DNA from: Octopus sinensis | Lineage: Eukaryota | Length of the DNA stretch: 64,000 nucleotides | Assembly (NCBI RefSeq): GCF_006345805.1 | Contig: NC_043011.1 | Coordinates: forward strand, 48,372,464-48,436,463 | Direction of reading: 5' to 3' | In this document: positions 12,161 to 26,569 of the stretch, piece by piece | How positions within the stretch are numbered: the first letter of the stretch is position 1 | How the letters are laid out: every line of letters starts with the position of its first letter | Program-made: the position numbers and the translations under genes | Notes under the pieces: model-generated | What the model saw: the letters and a program-made list of their open reading frames with translations, nothing else | Told to the model about the DNA's origin: nothing | Database searches by the model: none

Positions 12161-13486
12161 TATATATATATGAAACACGCTAAGTCTACTAGCGACAGCT
12201 GACGAAGGGGATTTTTCCTTGTGTAGTATGTCCTGTACCTTGTTTTCCTGTTGTAAATAATGTTTTTCCCGTTTTCGTTCTCGTCCTGTTCCACGGCTCT
12301 GTCTTTCTGTTGTAAAGAAATAGCTTTTCCGTTTTCGTTTCTGTTGAGTTCTACGTCTTTTTGTGGTGTCCTGTACGTATATATATTTATATATGCATGT
12401 ATATATACATGTAGATGTAGGTACGTACATATATGTTTGTATGTAAGCATATATTTTTATTTATTACACTATATATATATATATATATATACTGTTTTGT
12501 CCTATCTAATTTTGAGGAAGTAGGATATGATTTGAGAGAAATGTGGTAGATATTTATAGCAGATCAAATTATGACATAGAGGTTTCTTTATTATCTCATT
12601 GTTATAAGTTAGTTACAGCTATTATTTAGCCACAGGTCAGATCTGATTAAAGAAACCTCTGATCAAAGACATTTCGGTCATGACCATATCATATTTTAAT
12701 TTTTCATATATTGTTGAGAAGCAGCATAACAATGATGAACCTAAATACATACTGAGGCTCTTGGAAACACACTGTGAGACATAGCTAAGATTAGATATCA
12801 GGTGTTCTAATGAGGCATTCAGCAGAAGTGGCACGAACAGTACAGGTGTTGCATTTATTCAAAAATCTACATCAAAAAATTTTAATGAATATTGTTCTAC
12901 GTTTAGTTTTGTTTTGCCTTGAAATTCCGAATGTTGCCTCCAGGTAAAGATTCTTCAATAACAATTCAAAATAAAATTGCAAATTAAATCTTATTAGCAT
13001 TATTTTCTTCATTAATTTCATTTCAAGCAATGAGGAACATCAGAACATCAGAACATCACTTGTTAGTTTTTACAATGTCTGCGATGATTATTTTCCAAAT
13101 ATTGCCATCTTGTTTTGTTTTTCAAACATAGTGTTTTCAGCAAGGAAATTAAAAATTTCCTTTTATTTCTTTATTTTTAATTAATGGTTAAACTAGGATC
13201 AAACTGAAATAAGTTTTCTAGTAGCAAAGAATGTTTGCGAAAATATACATTAAAGGAAATAAGCATGAAAACAAAAGTCAAATCATATTGATGTGCTACG
13301 TGATGGAGAGGTTGCTGAGGACTGAGCGGATACAGTACAGTATTGTTATTACAACATCAAACAATAAGTTGATAGTTCATATTCACTTAGTGGTACTGTA
13401 GGGCACCCGAGGTCATATCAAGGATATTTAATTGAAGAAACAGAAACTATAATTAAAAAATAGAAATACATTTTAAAATTGATTAG

Positions 13487-13700
13487 TCTTTTACTTGTTT
13501 ACTCTTTTACTTGTTACAGTCATTTGACTGTGCCCATGCTGGAGTACTGCTTTTAGTCAACCAAATCGACCCCAGGTCTTATTCTTTGTAAGCCTAGTAC
13601 TTACTCTATCAGCTTCTTTTTGCCGAACCACTAAATTATGTGGACGTAAACACACCAGCATCGGTTGTCAAAAGATGTTGGGGGACAAACACAGCTACAA

Positions 13701-13781
<81 letters not shown>

Positions 13782-13972
13782 TATATACATATATATATAT
13801 ATACAACGGGCTTCTTTCAGTTTCCATTCTACCAAATCAACTCACAAAGCTTTGGTCGGCCTGAGGCTATAGTAGAGGACACTTGCCCAATGTGCCACGC
13901 AGTGGTACTGAAGGGACTGAACTCGGAACCATGTGGTTCGTTAGCAAGCTACTTACCACACAGCCACTCCTA
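13487..13972 (-). mobile_element. SINE-A, complete
   Basis: Head, internal microsatellite and tail all present. Confidence 0.85.
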
Positions 13973-14227
13973 GCTGAAATATAATAATGAATTTATTTGT
14001 TTAAATTTTAATAGAATAGGAAATGGTTGATATTGTTGCTAATAAGCCCCAGGTAAGTAACCCGTCCTAAAGAAAAGGTGTTAGAAATGGTGTTCAACAT
14101 TTGTTCTAATTTTCTTGTTTCTATCCACATTATATTTAATACTCAATTGTCCATCATATTTTTTTGTTTTTTTTAAACAATACAGTATGATTTGAAGATG
14201 GTTTCATTTTTATTTCTTTATTCTAGC

Positions 14228-14228
14228 C

Positions 14229-14269
<41 letters not shown>

Positions 14270-15095
14270 CAACAACAATAATAACAATAAAAATTATGAT
14301 AATAATAATAATAAGAAAAAGAACAAGAAGAAGAACAACAACAGCAAAAACAACAACAATAATAACAATAACAATTATGATAATAATAATAATAATATTG
14401 ATATTAATAATAACAGCAATAATGACAATATTTTCTACTAAAGGCACAAGGCCTGAAACGTTGAACAAGGGGACTAGTCTATTACATCGACTCCAGTGTT
14501 TCAATGGTGCTTAATTTATTGACCCTGAAAGGATGAAAGCAAAGTTGACCGCGGAAGAATTTGAACTCGGAACATAGCGACAGGTGAAATACCAATAATA
14601 ATAATGATGATGATGATGATGAAGATGATGATCATGCTTTCAAATTTTGGCAGAAGGCCAGTAAGTGCATGGCAGTGGTGTAAGCCAATTACAATGACCC
14701 CAGTGCTCAACTGGTACTTATTTTATTGACCCCGAAAGGATGAAAGGTAAAGTCCACCTCAGGAGAATTTGAACTCAGAATGTGAAAATGGATGACCTAC
14801 AAAAATAATAGTTATAATCATTTTTACTAAAGGCACAAGGACTACAATTTGAGGGGAGGGGACCAGTTGATTACATTGACCCCAACAAGTGTTTCACAGG
14901 CACCCAATTTATTGATCTCGAAAGGATGAAAAGCAAAGTCGACCCGTGCGGGATTTGAACTCAGAACGTAATGGTGGATGAAAGAAAAACTACTTAGCAT
15001 CTTGTCCATCTTACTAATGATTCTGCTAGCTCACCACCTTAACAACAACAACAGTAATAATAATAACAACAACAACAACAACAACAATAATAATA

Positions 15096-15126
<31 letters not shown>

Positions 15127-15185
15127 TAAAAATAATAATAATAACAGCAATAACAATAATAATAATAATAACAATAATAATAATA

Positions 15186-15218
<33 letters not shown>

Positions 15219-15270
15219 TATAATAATAATAATAATAATAATAATAGTAATAATTATAATAATAATAATG
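14228..15270 (-). mobile_element. Cluster of three SINE-B (Meta-domain-like) copies embedded in (AAT)n tracts
   Basis: Repeated atttattgaccc.gaaaggatgaaagg.aaagt...gaatttgaactcagaa at about 14515, 14720 and 14905; (AAT)n at 14228-14420 and 15040-15270. Confidence 0.75.
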
Positions 15271-15879
15271 TGTTTGTGTGTGTATATGTATGTGTGTGTG
15301 TGTATATATAAATTTAAATATGTGTATGTGTGTCTTTTGCCAATATATTTTAGCAAAATCTATAGACAGACATCAGTGAGAAAATCCAATAAAGTGGTGT
15401 TTTTAAAAACAAAACTATCCTGTGATATCTGTGGTGCCCAACTTGGAGGAGATATTCTCCTGTCACTTTCATTATCGTAAAAGCAGCAAAGAATTGATTG
15501 GCACGTTAGAAACCCATAATGGATGATGCTAATATTTACCAAAAAAAAAAATAAAATGAAAAAAATAAAAAATAAATAAATCAGTGAAAGTTGGTGTAAA
15601 TAATTGGGACTAGTTACTTTTCCTATATTTAATCTTGTTAGAAAAATCAATATATTTCGAGATAAAAATCTTAGAAATCAATATTTGACTTTATGTGGGC
15701 AGTGTAGTGAGAGAAACAGAATACTGGACTAATGATAAGGATAAATAAATAAATAAAAAATATATATATATATACATATATATACGATGTGTTTATTTAT
15801 TTTGGTAGTTTTGATTTTTAAGAGTCCCTCCTAGCGTGTGGCATTTATGTATAGTAATGCCTTCTATATGATATATATG

Positions 15880-15911
<32 letters not shown>

Positions 15912-16205
15912 ACAGAAAATCAAATGAATGATTTCTAGCATTGGTTATGTTCTTTGAGTTGAATACAAATCAGGGTTTAGCTTAATTTTTATCCTCCTGG
16001 AACAGAAGTGGAGGGGTTGTTTAATTTTACTTTATATCACAATTTGTTAACATTTTCCAGTGGTTCACTATATTTCTGGTAAAAAGTTAGCAAAGACAAG
16101 TGGAATATAAATCAGAAACCTTTAAATTTATCAAAGAACTTGTTTTCCACTGATGTTTAGAAATGTTGACAAACTGAAAAATATATATATATATATATGT
16201 GCATA

Positions 16206-16242
<37 letters not shown>

Positions 16243-16416
16243 TATATATATATATATACACACATATACACATATACACATATAAGCATTTATATAAATA
16301 TAAATACATAGCTATAGACATACATGCATACATACATATGAGTATATACATATACATACAAACACACACACACACACACATATATGCTTTGTTAAAGCTG
16401 CAAAATTAACACAAGA

Positions 16417-16454
16417 CTGTTACTCAGAGTTTCACATTCTCATTAGTCAGGAAG
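16417..16454 (-). ncRNA. Hammerhead motif, degenerate second copy of the 8068 family
   Basis: Minus strand CTGACTA-ATG-agaa-TGT-GAAA-CTC-t-GAG-TA-ACAG; G8 mutated; flanking ttaaagc...aaaatt also shared. Confidence 0.5.
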
Positions 16455-16600
16455 TCGTGATGAAAACTGAACTGACTGCATATAACTCTACCATTAGTAA
16501 TTGAGTACTATTATTTCCACCTTGTTTTGTACTTATGTGCTCATGTGTGTGTGTATGTGTGTATATATGTGCGTGTGTGTGTGTGTGTGTTTATATATAA

Positions 16601-16636
<36 letters not shown>

Positions 16637-16769
16637 TTTGAAGTGGTGAAAAGATTTTATATATTAAAAAAAAAGAGGTAGTCAGAATTTCGAAAAATTA
16701 TTGATTTAAAACTTTCATCTCATTTCAGAAAATCATCTGGAATAATATGTGTATGTGTGTATATATATA

Positions 16770-16811
<42 letters not shown>

Positions 16812-17254
16812 TGTTTCAACCTGTAGCAAGGGTATGAAGGTTGCCTTCATCTGTAATTCAAAACACTCATTTTGTTCATATCGTATTGTTTTGGCACCAT
16901 TTGTGTTTTTTTTTCTTTTTTCCAAAGCAAATGATGGCCCTGCCATTAGAATTAGAGAACAGTCTGTGAACAAGTGCAAAATGCCAGGACAGAAATGTTG
17001 AATGAGCCAGACAATATTATCAATGCCAAACAATAGCAAGAACTAAACAATGCATTCTATATTATGGTCAAAGTACAAAAGAACAACAGCTAACCTACAA
17101 ATGAATGTAGAGCTACTAGAAGCTGACTTGAAGAATGATAATAGTTACAAATTTTTCACAAACAGTCCTTGAAATTGAGGGAAAGAGTATAAAAAAAGAT
17201 AATGAAATATAAGTGAAGGAGTGTAAGTCATGCACATGTGTGTGTGTGTGTGTG

Positions 17255-17577
17255 TGGCTAAGTAGTTAGGGCATTTGGCTCACAATCATAAGGTTGTGAG
17301 TTCAATTCCCGGTGATGCATTGTGTCCTTGAACAAGACACTCTATTTCACATTGCTCCAGTCCAGTCCACTCAGCTGGCAAAAATGAGTAGTACCTGTAT
17401 TTCAAATGGGCCAGCCTTGTCACACTTTGTACCATGCTGAATCTCCCTGAGAACTACATTAAGGGTACACATATCTGCAGAGTGCTCAGCCACTTGCATG
17501 TTAATTTCATGAGCAAGCCTTTCCATGAATTGAATCAGCTGGGACCCTCGTCGTTGTAACTGATGGAGTGCTCCAAT
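17255..17577 (+). mobile_element. tRNA-derived SINE with SINE-C tail type 1
   Basis: tggctaagtagttagg...gagttcaattcc head; tail gtacctgtatttcaaa...cctcgtcgttgtaactgatggagtgc. Confidence 0.7.
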
Positions 17578-18364
17578 ATATACATATATGGTATTTCTAA
17601 AGAGCTTACAAAAATAGCTGAAACTCAATGTTGAGTATAGACAATTCTCAATCAGTGTTCTAGGTGATTGCCATCGCTATGAGTATATATGTATACAATT
17701 ATTTGCTTTTCCTACAGCATTAGTGCATTTTAGCTCTTATTTCTAGCAATGTTAATCTTGTTACAGACATTTAAAAAACCCAGGGTGTGTTTCTTTTCGT
17801 ATCAGTCTCAGATATATAATAATGTGTCTTGTAACGGTCATACCTTACTGCTCTTCTTTCCTTGACGTAATTATTGAAAAAAATACACAATACCTCGGAG
17901 TAGGTAGCTGTTAACTGCAATAAGATGTTGTATTTTCAAACAACCGATGCCCTCTTGAAGAACCAAATTTCAATTGTTCACTTACCTAGAAGTAAAGAAA
18001 AATACATGTATGAGAGAGAAAGAGATAAACTGGTAGAGTGAAAGGGAGTGAGAGAGAGAAAGATAGAGTAAAAGAATGGAAACATTGGTTTATAGCAATA
18101 TTTTTAAGACATTGCATGATACTTTGTTATATTAGGGTTGCTGTTGTTTAACGACCAGTTGATCCTGGTTCAACAGGATCAGCGCTGTCTGAAGTATGGT
18201 CAAAAGCATTTCAACAGTGTTCATACTATTTCAGAAAATGAAAAATTTCTAGGTCAGACAGAGAGGCAGAGAGAAAGAAAAGACAGAGAAAGAGAGAGAG
18301 ACAGGCCAACAAAGTAAGAGAGAGAGACAGACAGAGACAGAGAGAAGCTTAAGAAAGAAGCTCA

Positions 18365-18757
18365 AAAAGGTGACGAGCTGGCAGAAATGTTAGCATGCAG
18401 GTGAAATGCTTAGCGGTATTTCATCTTCCGCTACGTTCTGAGTTCAATTTCTGCCGAGGTTGACTTTGCCTTTCATCCTTTCGGGGTCAATTAAATAAGT
18501 ACCAGTTACGCACTGGGGTCGTCCTTGTTAGTCACCTCTGTGTTTAGCCCCTTGTGGGTAGTAAAGAAATAGGTATTTCATCTGCCGCTACATTCTGAGT
18601 TCAAATTCCATCGAGGTTGACTTTGCCTTTCATCCTTTCGGGGTCGATTAAATAAGTACCAGTTACGCACTGGGGTTGATGTAATCGACTTAATCCGTTT
18701 GTCTGTCCTTGTTTGTCACCTCTGTGTTTAGCCCCTTGTGGGCAGTAAAGAAGTAAG
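18365..18757 (+). mobile_element. Two tandem SINE-B (Meta-domain-like) copies
   Basis: gagctggcagaaatgttagc head; gactttgcctttcatcctttcggggtcgattaaataagtaccag resembles the MetaSINE central domain. Confidence 0.8.
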
Positions 18758-20615
18758 AAGCACAAGCAAGGTGCAGTTATTTTATCAACTTCAAAGAGAT
18801 GAGAGACAAATTTGACCTCAGAGGGATTTGAGCTCAAAATTCAGAGAGGAAGGATGAATACCACTAGGCATTTTCTTTGAAGCTTTGATCACTCTAGCAG
18901 TTTGCTGCTATTAATATACATTTATTTATTAAACACTAGTTATGTATTTATTAATTTACTGTCAGAAAATCACAATAACAATGTATAATATAGAATCATT
19001 ATTTGTCCCGTGTTTAGTGAAATTATATTATTATACGTCTAGTGGCTGCGAATTTTAGGTGTGCAACGGTATTATGCCAGACAACTGACCAAAGAACCGA
19101 CGCTTCATATTTCATTACTGCTTTGTGTACTGCATCCATGAACGAGACAATTAAATTTGCCCAGAATCAGTCCACTGAGCTGTAAATAGATACCACATGA
19201 AGATACATCTCAGTCACCATGAGCTAATGACCGAGTATCAACATGGTTGGTTAACCTGTTAGAAATAGAAATTAGATCTCGTTCAAGTCAAAATAATCAG
19301 AGCTGTAACATCCAAAATTCTCAATAAGTGCTAACCTGGGATAAGCAACAATACGAGTGTCCAAATTGCTAGAAACACAGCCAAATTTTCCACAAATTAC
19401 ATGCTACTGTCTGCAGAATGGGAGCAAAATGTTGGTAAGGTGGCTTTAAATATACTATCTTTTATTATTTACTTGTCTCAGTTATTAAACTGTGGCCATG
19501 CTGGGTCACCACTTTCTTTTATTCTTTTATTATTTTATTTATTTCAATCATTTGACTGCAGCCATGCTGCCGGAGCCTCGTGAAGCTTTTAGGTGTTTTC
19601 GCTCAGTAAACACACACAACGCCCGGTCTGGGAATCGAAACCACAATCCTCCGACTGCGAGTCCGTTGCCCTAACCACTGGGCCATTGCGCCTCCACAAA
19701 TCTGCATAATAACCACGAAAAAATCCACACAAAAATATCCACACAAAAAAAAGGCTGTAGTATTACTTATATTACTTAACTATTGACTCAGATCCTTAAT
19801 CATAGGAATATCCTAAGACTTATATCGCATTAGGGGTTACCTGCCAAGACTGTTGAATAAAGGACAACTGAGTTTGATGAGATTTCAGTTATTTAAGATT
19901 TGAATCTCATCAGACTAGTATCACCAAGCAGATGTATCTTTTATTCAATCTTCAAAGAATTCCATGACAACATTGGCTGCTTATGCAGAAGCAAAGCATT
20001 TCTTTCTGACTTGGGTTTTAAATTTTCTCTTATCTCTTTCATCTGAAACACTTGTCAATCATTTACTTTAAATCTTACACTTAAAATCAGACATCTGTCA
20101 TTTTTTTTTTTTTTTTCTCATTTTATATATCCTTAAAAATCATTCTATACTTTCTTCATTTCTTTTTCTCTCGCCAATTTTTGCATCATTATCTGAGATA
20201 TTTTCTGCCTTACAAAAATCTATTTTCAATGAAACTGTGAAATGTATTTTTGGTTTATCACAAAAACCTATTTTGTCACATTTTGGCTGAGTCACTCATA
20301 TTTACTATTTTACAGAAGCACATGCACAATTGAATTCTCTTATCTTTATTCTTTGGCATTCTCTTTTCTCATTAAATTCTATAAAAGTCTTTTATCAAAC
20401 ATTTCCAGCCTACAGTTGATACCTCTGCCTACTCCACCGAGACACAGTCAACTAAAATATCAGTAAACTAGATCTCATTTTGCATATACAACACATTTCC
20501 CACTAGTTCAATCTGTAATGCATTTGAATGCTATAAGTTTTCGCACACATATATATATAATACCAGCTCTGTGTTCAAAACCAGCCAAAGGATACACACA
20601 CACACACACACACAC

Positions 20616-20646
<31 letters not shown>

Positions 20647-21119
20647 GAGATAATCTAAAGTGAATCAGAATTAGAGTTTACCAAAAGGTAGTGAAGTAGA
20701 GGAATATATAAATAGGAGACTTAACAGTCTGAAAGATTTAAGTTGCTATAGTAATAATTGATCATTGAAATAGAAAGAGTTTAACAGAACTGTTAATGAA
20801 ATATTTCCACATGCACATACATACATACAATGGCCTTCTTTCAGTTTCTGTCTACCTAATCCACTTACAAAGCTTTGGTCAGCCCAATGCAATGGAAGGA
20901 GACACTTGCCCAGGGTACCACACATTTTCTCTTTTGAATAAGACATTAAAAACAAAAACAGAAGAGAAATATTACTGTGGTAATATTCGATGCTAAACCC
21001 ATCTTCAAGAGGTGCTTGAAGAAATTCCTGAAGGCTTGGATAGGGAGCTAAAGCCCTGACCTCAAAACATAACAGCTGCACCCACTACACCATTTCCTCT
21101 GCCAATGCTACCTAATAAT

Positions 21120-21510
21120 GGTTTCAATTTTAGCACAAGGCCAGCAATACCGAGGTATTCAACTGGTACTAACAAAAAAGAATGAAAGGTAAAGTCAACT
21201 TCAGCAGAATTTGAACTCAGAATGTAAAGACGGACAAAATGCTACAAATCATTTTGCCAGGTGGGCTAATGATTCTTATTTCTTTATTACCCACATGGGG
21301 ACTAAACATAGAGGGGACAAACAAGGACAGACAAACGGATTAAGTCGATTATATTGCCCCCAGTGCATAACTGGTACTTAATCTATCGACTCCAAAAGGA
21401 TGAAAGGCAAAGTCAACCTCGTCAGAATTTGAACTCAGAATGCAGCAGCAGATGAAATACCACAAAGCATTTTGGCCGACATGCTAACGTTTCTACCAGC
21501 TCGCCGCCTT
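21120..21510 (-). mobile_element. Two SINE-B copies
   Basis: Reverse complement of the SINE-B head and central domain. Confidence 0.7.
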
Positions 21511-21544
21511 AATAATAAAAACAATGACAATAATATCAATAATG

Positions 21545-21585
<41 letters not shown>

Positions 21586-21586
<1 letters not shown>

Positions 21587-22137
21587 CTCTGATGCAGTAC
21601 CAGGCAGTGGCTTTTATGGCTTCTGATCTTAACTGATTGGAAGTGTTATAATGTACATTGTTTTTTCTTGGTATAAAAAATGGACTACAATGAATATTCT
21701 GCTCAATACCACAGATTTCCTTGTCAGTTGCTTGACCATAACCAGTTAGGTATGTCTCTTAGTGGCTGACGATAAGTGCATCTCTAATCATGAGCAGAAA
21801 TAGAGGGGGAGCATCATAGTCATGTGTTGAGAGGAATTCTTTGAAGTTTTGAATAATTCACCTGTGGAAGCATGGGCGTTTTGTTCAACATCTTTAAACA
21901 ATCCTTATTCAGGGACCTTTTGAGCACGATATGCTACTCGAGCTGAAGAAAATTCTAACTGAGCCCCCACCTGCAAGGTGCTGTTTATCTTGATATGAAA
22001 TCACCATATCGCGCACATATGATCGTGATGCATATGCCTGGTGTATACATATCAGACGGGTAGTCATGATGGGTATATTGGACTTTGTATATTTGCACCC
22101 TAGTGTCACTTTGATGGCATGCACTGCTCTCTTTCTC
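21586..22137 (+). mobile_element. About 550-bp non-coding element inserted in (TAA)n
   Basis: (AAT)n-gctctgatgcagtacc...gcactgctctctttctc-(AAT)n; homologues at 59148-59698 and 61334-61735. Confidence 0.8.
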
Positions 22138-22185
<48 letters not shown>

Positions 22186-24078
22186 TTTACTATTAGTGCA
22201 AGGCCTGAAATTTTGGGGGAGGGAGCTAGCTAATTACATGGACTCAGAAATTCACTGGCGCTTATTTCATCGACACCAACAGGCATAGTCAACCTCGGTG
22301 GAATTTGAACTCAGAGCATGAAAACAGACAAAATGCTGCCAAGAATTTTGCCTGATGGGCTAATGATTCCACCTGCTCGCTGCCTTATTGCTACCAAATG
22401 ATAATTAATAGTTTGCCTTCTAAAGATAGATATGCAGAGAGGTAAAAATGAAAGGATGTCATTTAAGATTACAGAGACATAGGGATTAGTAAATCTTTAA
22501 AAAGAGTAAAGCAGATATTATATGCAGAACATATTTAGGAAGCAAGCAATCACAACAGAGCTTGTAATTACAGGTAGAGCATTATGTATCAGGTATCAGG
22601 AGTGGTAGTGATGGTAGGAGTACATGCACTACTTGTGGTGTTTGTAGTGGCAGTGGTAACGAGGGTTGCAATGTACCAAAATATCTTACTATATTTATAG
22701 ATCTTCTAATAGTGTATCTTAAGCAAGCCTTATGTATGAACAAGATATATGCATATAATATATATATATATGTGTGTGCAGGAGTCTCTGTTGTGTATAT
22801 ATTTTATGGATTTGTATATCTTAACACAAATATATATAAAATATGAGTCTGTATTTAATGGTTACATTTCTATTTCTCTGTATATGTTTATATTTCTCCA
22901 GATCTATACAAATGTGAGTGTGTGTGTGTGTGTGTGTGTATGCACACACATATAGAGAGAAAACGAGAGAAATATGTACACACAAATACACACATACAGA
23001 GTCATAGCACTTCTCTCTTAAAATCCACTTGGCACAGAAGTATGAAATGAAACAGCACCATGCCATATCCTAACAGATAATATAGATAGAAATATATTAA
23101 TATAAAATTACAATAATTATATAATTTATCTTATAAATTGGTGCTAGTTGCGTTTAATATTGAATTTCTATAGATAAAATTGGTAAATATCTTTGAGCTT
23201 TACAATGCAATAAAAGTCATGCTGTAAATGTATTCAATGCAGGAATGGTCATATGGTTAAGGAAGCTACTTAGCAATCACATGGTTCATAGATCAATCTC
23301 ACTCCACTGTGCTCATAAACCATAACCTCATGTTGAGTGAAATTTTACAGGCAGAAACTGTGCAGAATTTTAGCTTAGATGTGTGGAGGTTGTATGCATG
23401 AGCATGAACCATCACCGTCTTATTTTGTCATAATTGATTTTTATAAGTATTATTTTCTATGCTTGCAAAAGTGGCACAAGAGTTGTTGGAGCATATTTTT
23501 CTACAGTAGATGCTCTTCCTGTCACCAAACCTTATCTGTTTTCAAGTAAAGTAATATTTCCCCTTGTCCTTTCAACAGCCAACAGCTCAATAGCTACACA
23601 TGCAATCACTGATGGATTGTAAACAAAGGACTCTGTTTAGTAGGACTTTGTAAACTTTGTTTGCAATTAGCACTTATACATTACTGTGAATATACTATAT
23701 GTGAATTTGCTCTTGCACACATATACACCCATGCATGCATTACATATGACATATGTACATATGTGTGTGTGTGTAAGTATATATACATACACACAAACAC
23801 ACACACACACACACTCTCTCTCTCTCACTTTCTCCCCATTCCTCACCCACTTTTACTATCCTATATCTCTCTCCACCACAAGACATTCAATAATACTATA
23901 AAAAGAGACAAAAGTCTTGAAAAAATTCAATCTGACGAATCCACTAGAGTGGATGCAAGCGCTAATATATGATTTATAAAAACATATGACATATTAATAT
24001 AAATCTGTAAATATAAAACCATCCAGATTGCTGAGTACCTTATTTCTTTTAATATTCATACATATATACACATATATA

Positions 24079-25343
24079 TTAGGTCATCCCATAAATAATG
24101 CATTTTTTCAATTGCATGAATTTAAAATCAGAGGGGTACAGGATAAACTACCTGCATCAACTTGCTATAAAAGCAGGTAGTAAATTTACCTTGTCCTTGT
24201 TCTTAGTGCAAGTTTTGAAGAGTGTGGTTTGATTTTAACAGTTATTTTTTCAAAGCTATAATGGAAGTGACAAAGGAGCATATTCGGTATATTTTGCTTT
24301 ATGAGTTCAATAAAAACAACAAACCAACAGAAAAGTGTGAGGAATATTAATGCAGTATATGGAGATTAGACAATAAGTGTAAGCCAGTGTCAAAGGTTTT
24401 TCCAGAAATTCCTAGCTGGAAACTATAGCCTAGAGCCTCATCCTGGAAGATCTGTAGAGCTCAATGAGGACGTCCTGCAAACCCTGGTAGAACAAAATTG
24501 TAACTGTTGAGGGACTAGTAGGGAAGCTTGGATTTGGTCATTCGACCATTCATTAGCATAGGAAAAGTCAGAAAATTTGGTCAATGGATTCCACACAAAC
24601 TTTCCGAGTTTAATAACAAGCAGAGAGTGAATGTGTGTTCATCTTTGCTGTCATGTCTCATGAATGAACTGTTTTTGGACTGAATAGTGACTGGTGGGGA
24701 GAAATGGGTTCTCTATAAAAATGTCAAGCACCAAAGACAGTGGGTAGGGAAAAGAGAAACATTGGCACCCCAGGCTAAAGATGGTCTTCACTCATGTAAG
24801 GTGTTGTTATCATCTGTCTGGTGAGATATAAAAGGTTTAGTCCACTTTGAACTTTTAAATCCAAATAAACGATAACAAAGGAGATCTACCGTGAGAAGCT
24901 TGAGCAGCTTAAGTGAGCACTCAAAGAAAAACGACCATCTTTGGTTTCAAGATGAAAGGTGCTCTTCCGTCAGATAATTCTCAGCCACATACAACAAGGA
25001 TGACATTCCAAAGGCTGAGCAGTTTGAATAGAAAACGATGGCCCACCCACCATATTCGACAGACATTTCCCCATCTGATTATCATTTATTCTGCAGTCTT
25101 CAAAATGATTTGGATGGAAAAAACATGTATTCTGTAGATGAGGTCAGAACAGTACAGGAGGAGTATTTTTCAGCATAGACAATTGAATTTTGGAAGAGGG
25201 GCCTTGCAAGTCCACCAGATAGATGGAAGAGCATTGTAGAAAATAAAGGAGAGTATATTTTAGATTAAAAAATAACCTTCTTTATCTTAATTTTGAAAAA
25301 TAAAAGAAGTATAAAAAACTACATTATTTATGGGATGTACTAA
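24079..25343 (+). mobile_element. Mariner (DD34D-type) transposon, full-length but with decayed transposase
   Basis: TIRs ttaggtcatcccataaataatg / cattatttatgggatgtactaa flanked by TA; MEVTKEHIRYILLYEF at 24261, VTGGEKW-like and HPPYSTDISPSDYHLF motifs, many stops and frameshifts. Confidence 0.92.
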
Positions 25344-25557
25344 TATATATGTGTGTGTGCACCCATGTGTGAATGTGTGCGTACGTACATCATCTAAGTA
25401 TGTGCATCTGCAAGCATTTTATTCATCTTAATGTCTACTTAATGTCTAATTGCTACATATATATTTATAGATATATATATTTGTATATATATATGCGTGT
25501 GTGTGTGTAAGTATATATATATGTATAAAATACATATGTGTGTATTTATATATATAT

Positions 25558-25960
25558 CCCCCGAGTGGCTCCCGTGTTGGTGACATGTAAAAAGCACTAT
25601 CCGAACGTAATCAATTCCTGGACTACTTGACTATCCACTGTCGGTGGCATGTAAAAAGTACCTTCTGAACGTGGCCGATGCCAGGACCTCCTTGACTGGC
25701 ACCCATGCCAGTGGCATGTAAAAAGTACTATCCAAACGTAATCAATGCCAGACCCACCTGACTGGTTCCTTTGCCGGTGGCATGTTCAAAGCACCCAATA
25801 CATTCTCAGTGTGGTTGGCATTAGGAAGGGCATCCAGCTGTAGAAATATTGCCAGAGCAGACTGGAGCCTGGTGCAACCTACTGGCTCTCCAGACCTCAG
25901 TCAAACCGTCCAACCCATGCCAGCATGGAAAACGGACATTAAACGATGATGATAATGATG
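25558..25960 (+). mobile_element. SINE-D with four internal tandem modules
   Basis: 4x gtg(g/a)catgt(a)aaaag(c/t)ac module, then aggaagggcatccagctgtagaaa and the (GAT)n end. Confidence 0.75.
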
Positions 25961-25961
25961 A

Positions 25962-26001
<40 letters not shown>

Positions 26002-26569
26002 AAGAGAGAGACAGAGAGAAGGTGAGAGAGAGGGAGGGATATATATATATATATATATATCTTGAGAGAGAGAGAGAGAGATGAATGCACATATAAGTGT
26101 GAGTGTTTCTGTTGACCAACACAATCAATAAATATCAGAGATCACACTCTAGTAAGTAAGAAATAATTAATAATGAAATGGCACTTCATGTCTGAAATCC
26201 CTTGCATTGCACTAGACGCCTCCTTAATAAGAATACCAATGTCAGAAGTACAGTTGACCAGTAATTGGCTTATTGTAGGCATTTAACCAACGATGCTCTT
26301 GTTCATGAATTTTGATTTAAAATGAATAAAGTTAAAGACTCACAACAGTCTCTTTTGTATAGCTAAGGATAAAAAGTATTTTGAACACAGAGCACCTGAT
26401 AGAATGTATTGCCGTGTTAAGTTATTCATGAATGTTCTGAATTCAAATTTTGCTGATATCAATTTTGCCTTTCATTCTTCTGATGCTGATAAGAAAAGTA
26501 CCAGTATAAAACAGGCTGACTTTCAACTATGGGAATGATTATGGTGCTAGTTTAATATGTTGGAAACAT

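Noticed and set aside
12172-12215. GAAAC...GTC...CTGACGA-AGGGG arrangement suggesting a type II hammerhead (related piece at 5250-5295)
   Set aside because: Stem I does not pair and the 5' strand of stem II is absent; the sister copy lacks the GUH triplet.
12802-12943. Open frame MRHSAEVARTVQVLHLF...PNVAS ending at a GTAAAG donor
   Set aside because: Weak acceptor, unrecognised peptide, phase not compatible with other candidates.
19871-19917. Minus-strand CTGATGA...GAAA as a hammerhead
   Set aside because: Ten unpaired bases separate the stem II candidate from GAAA; no stem III or cleavage triplet.
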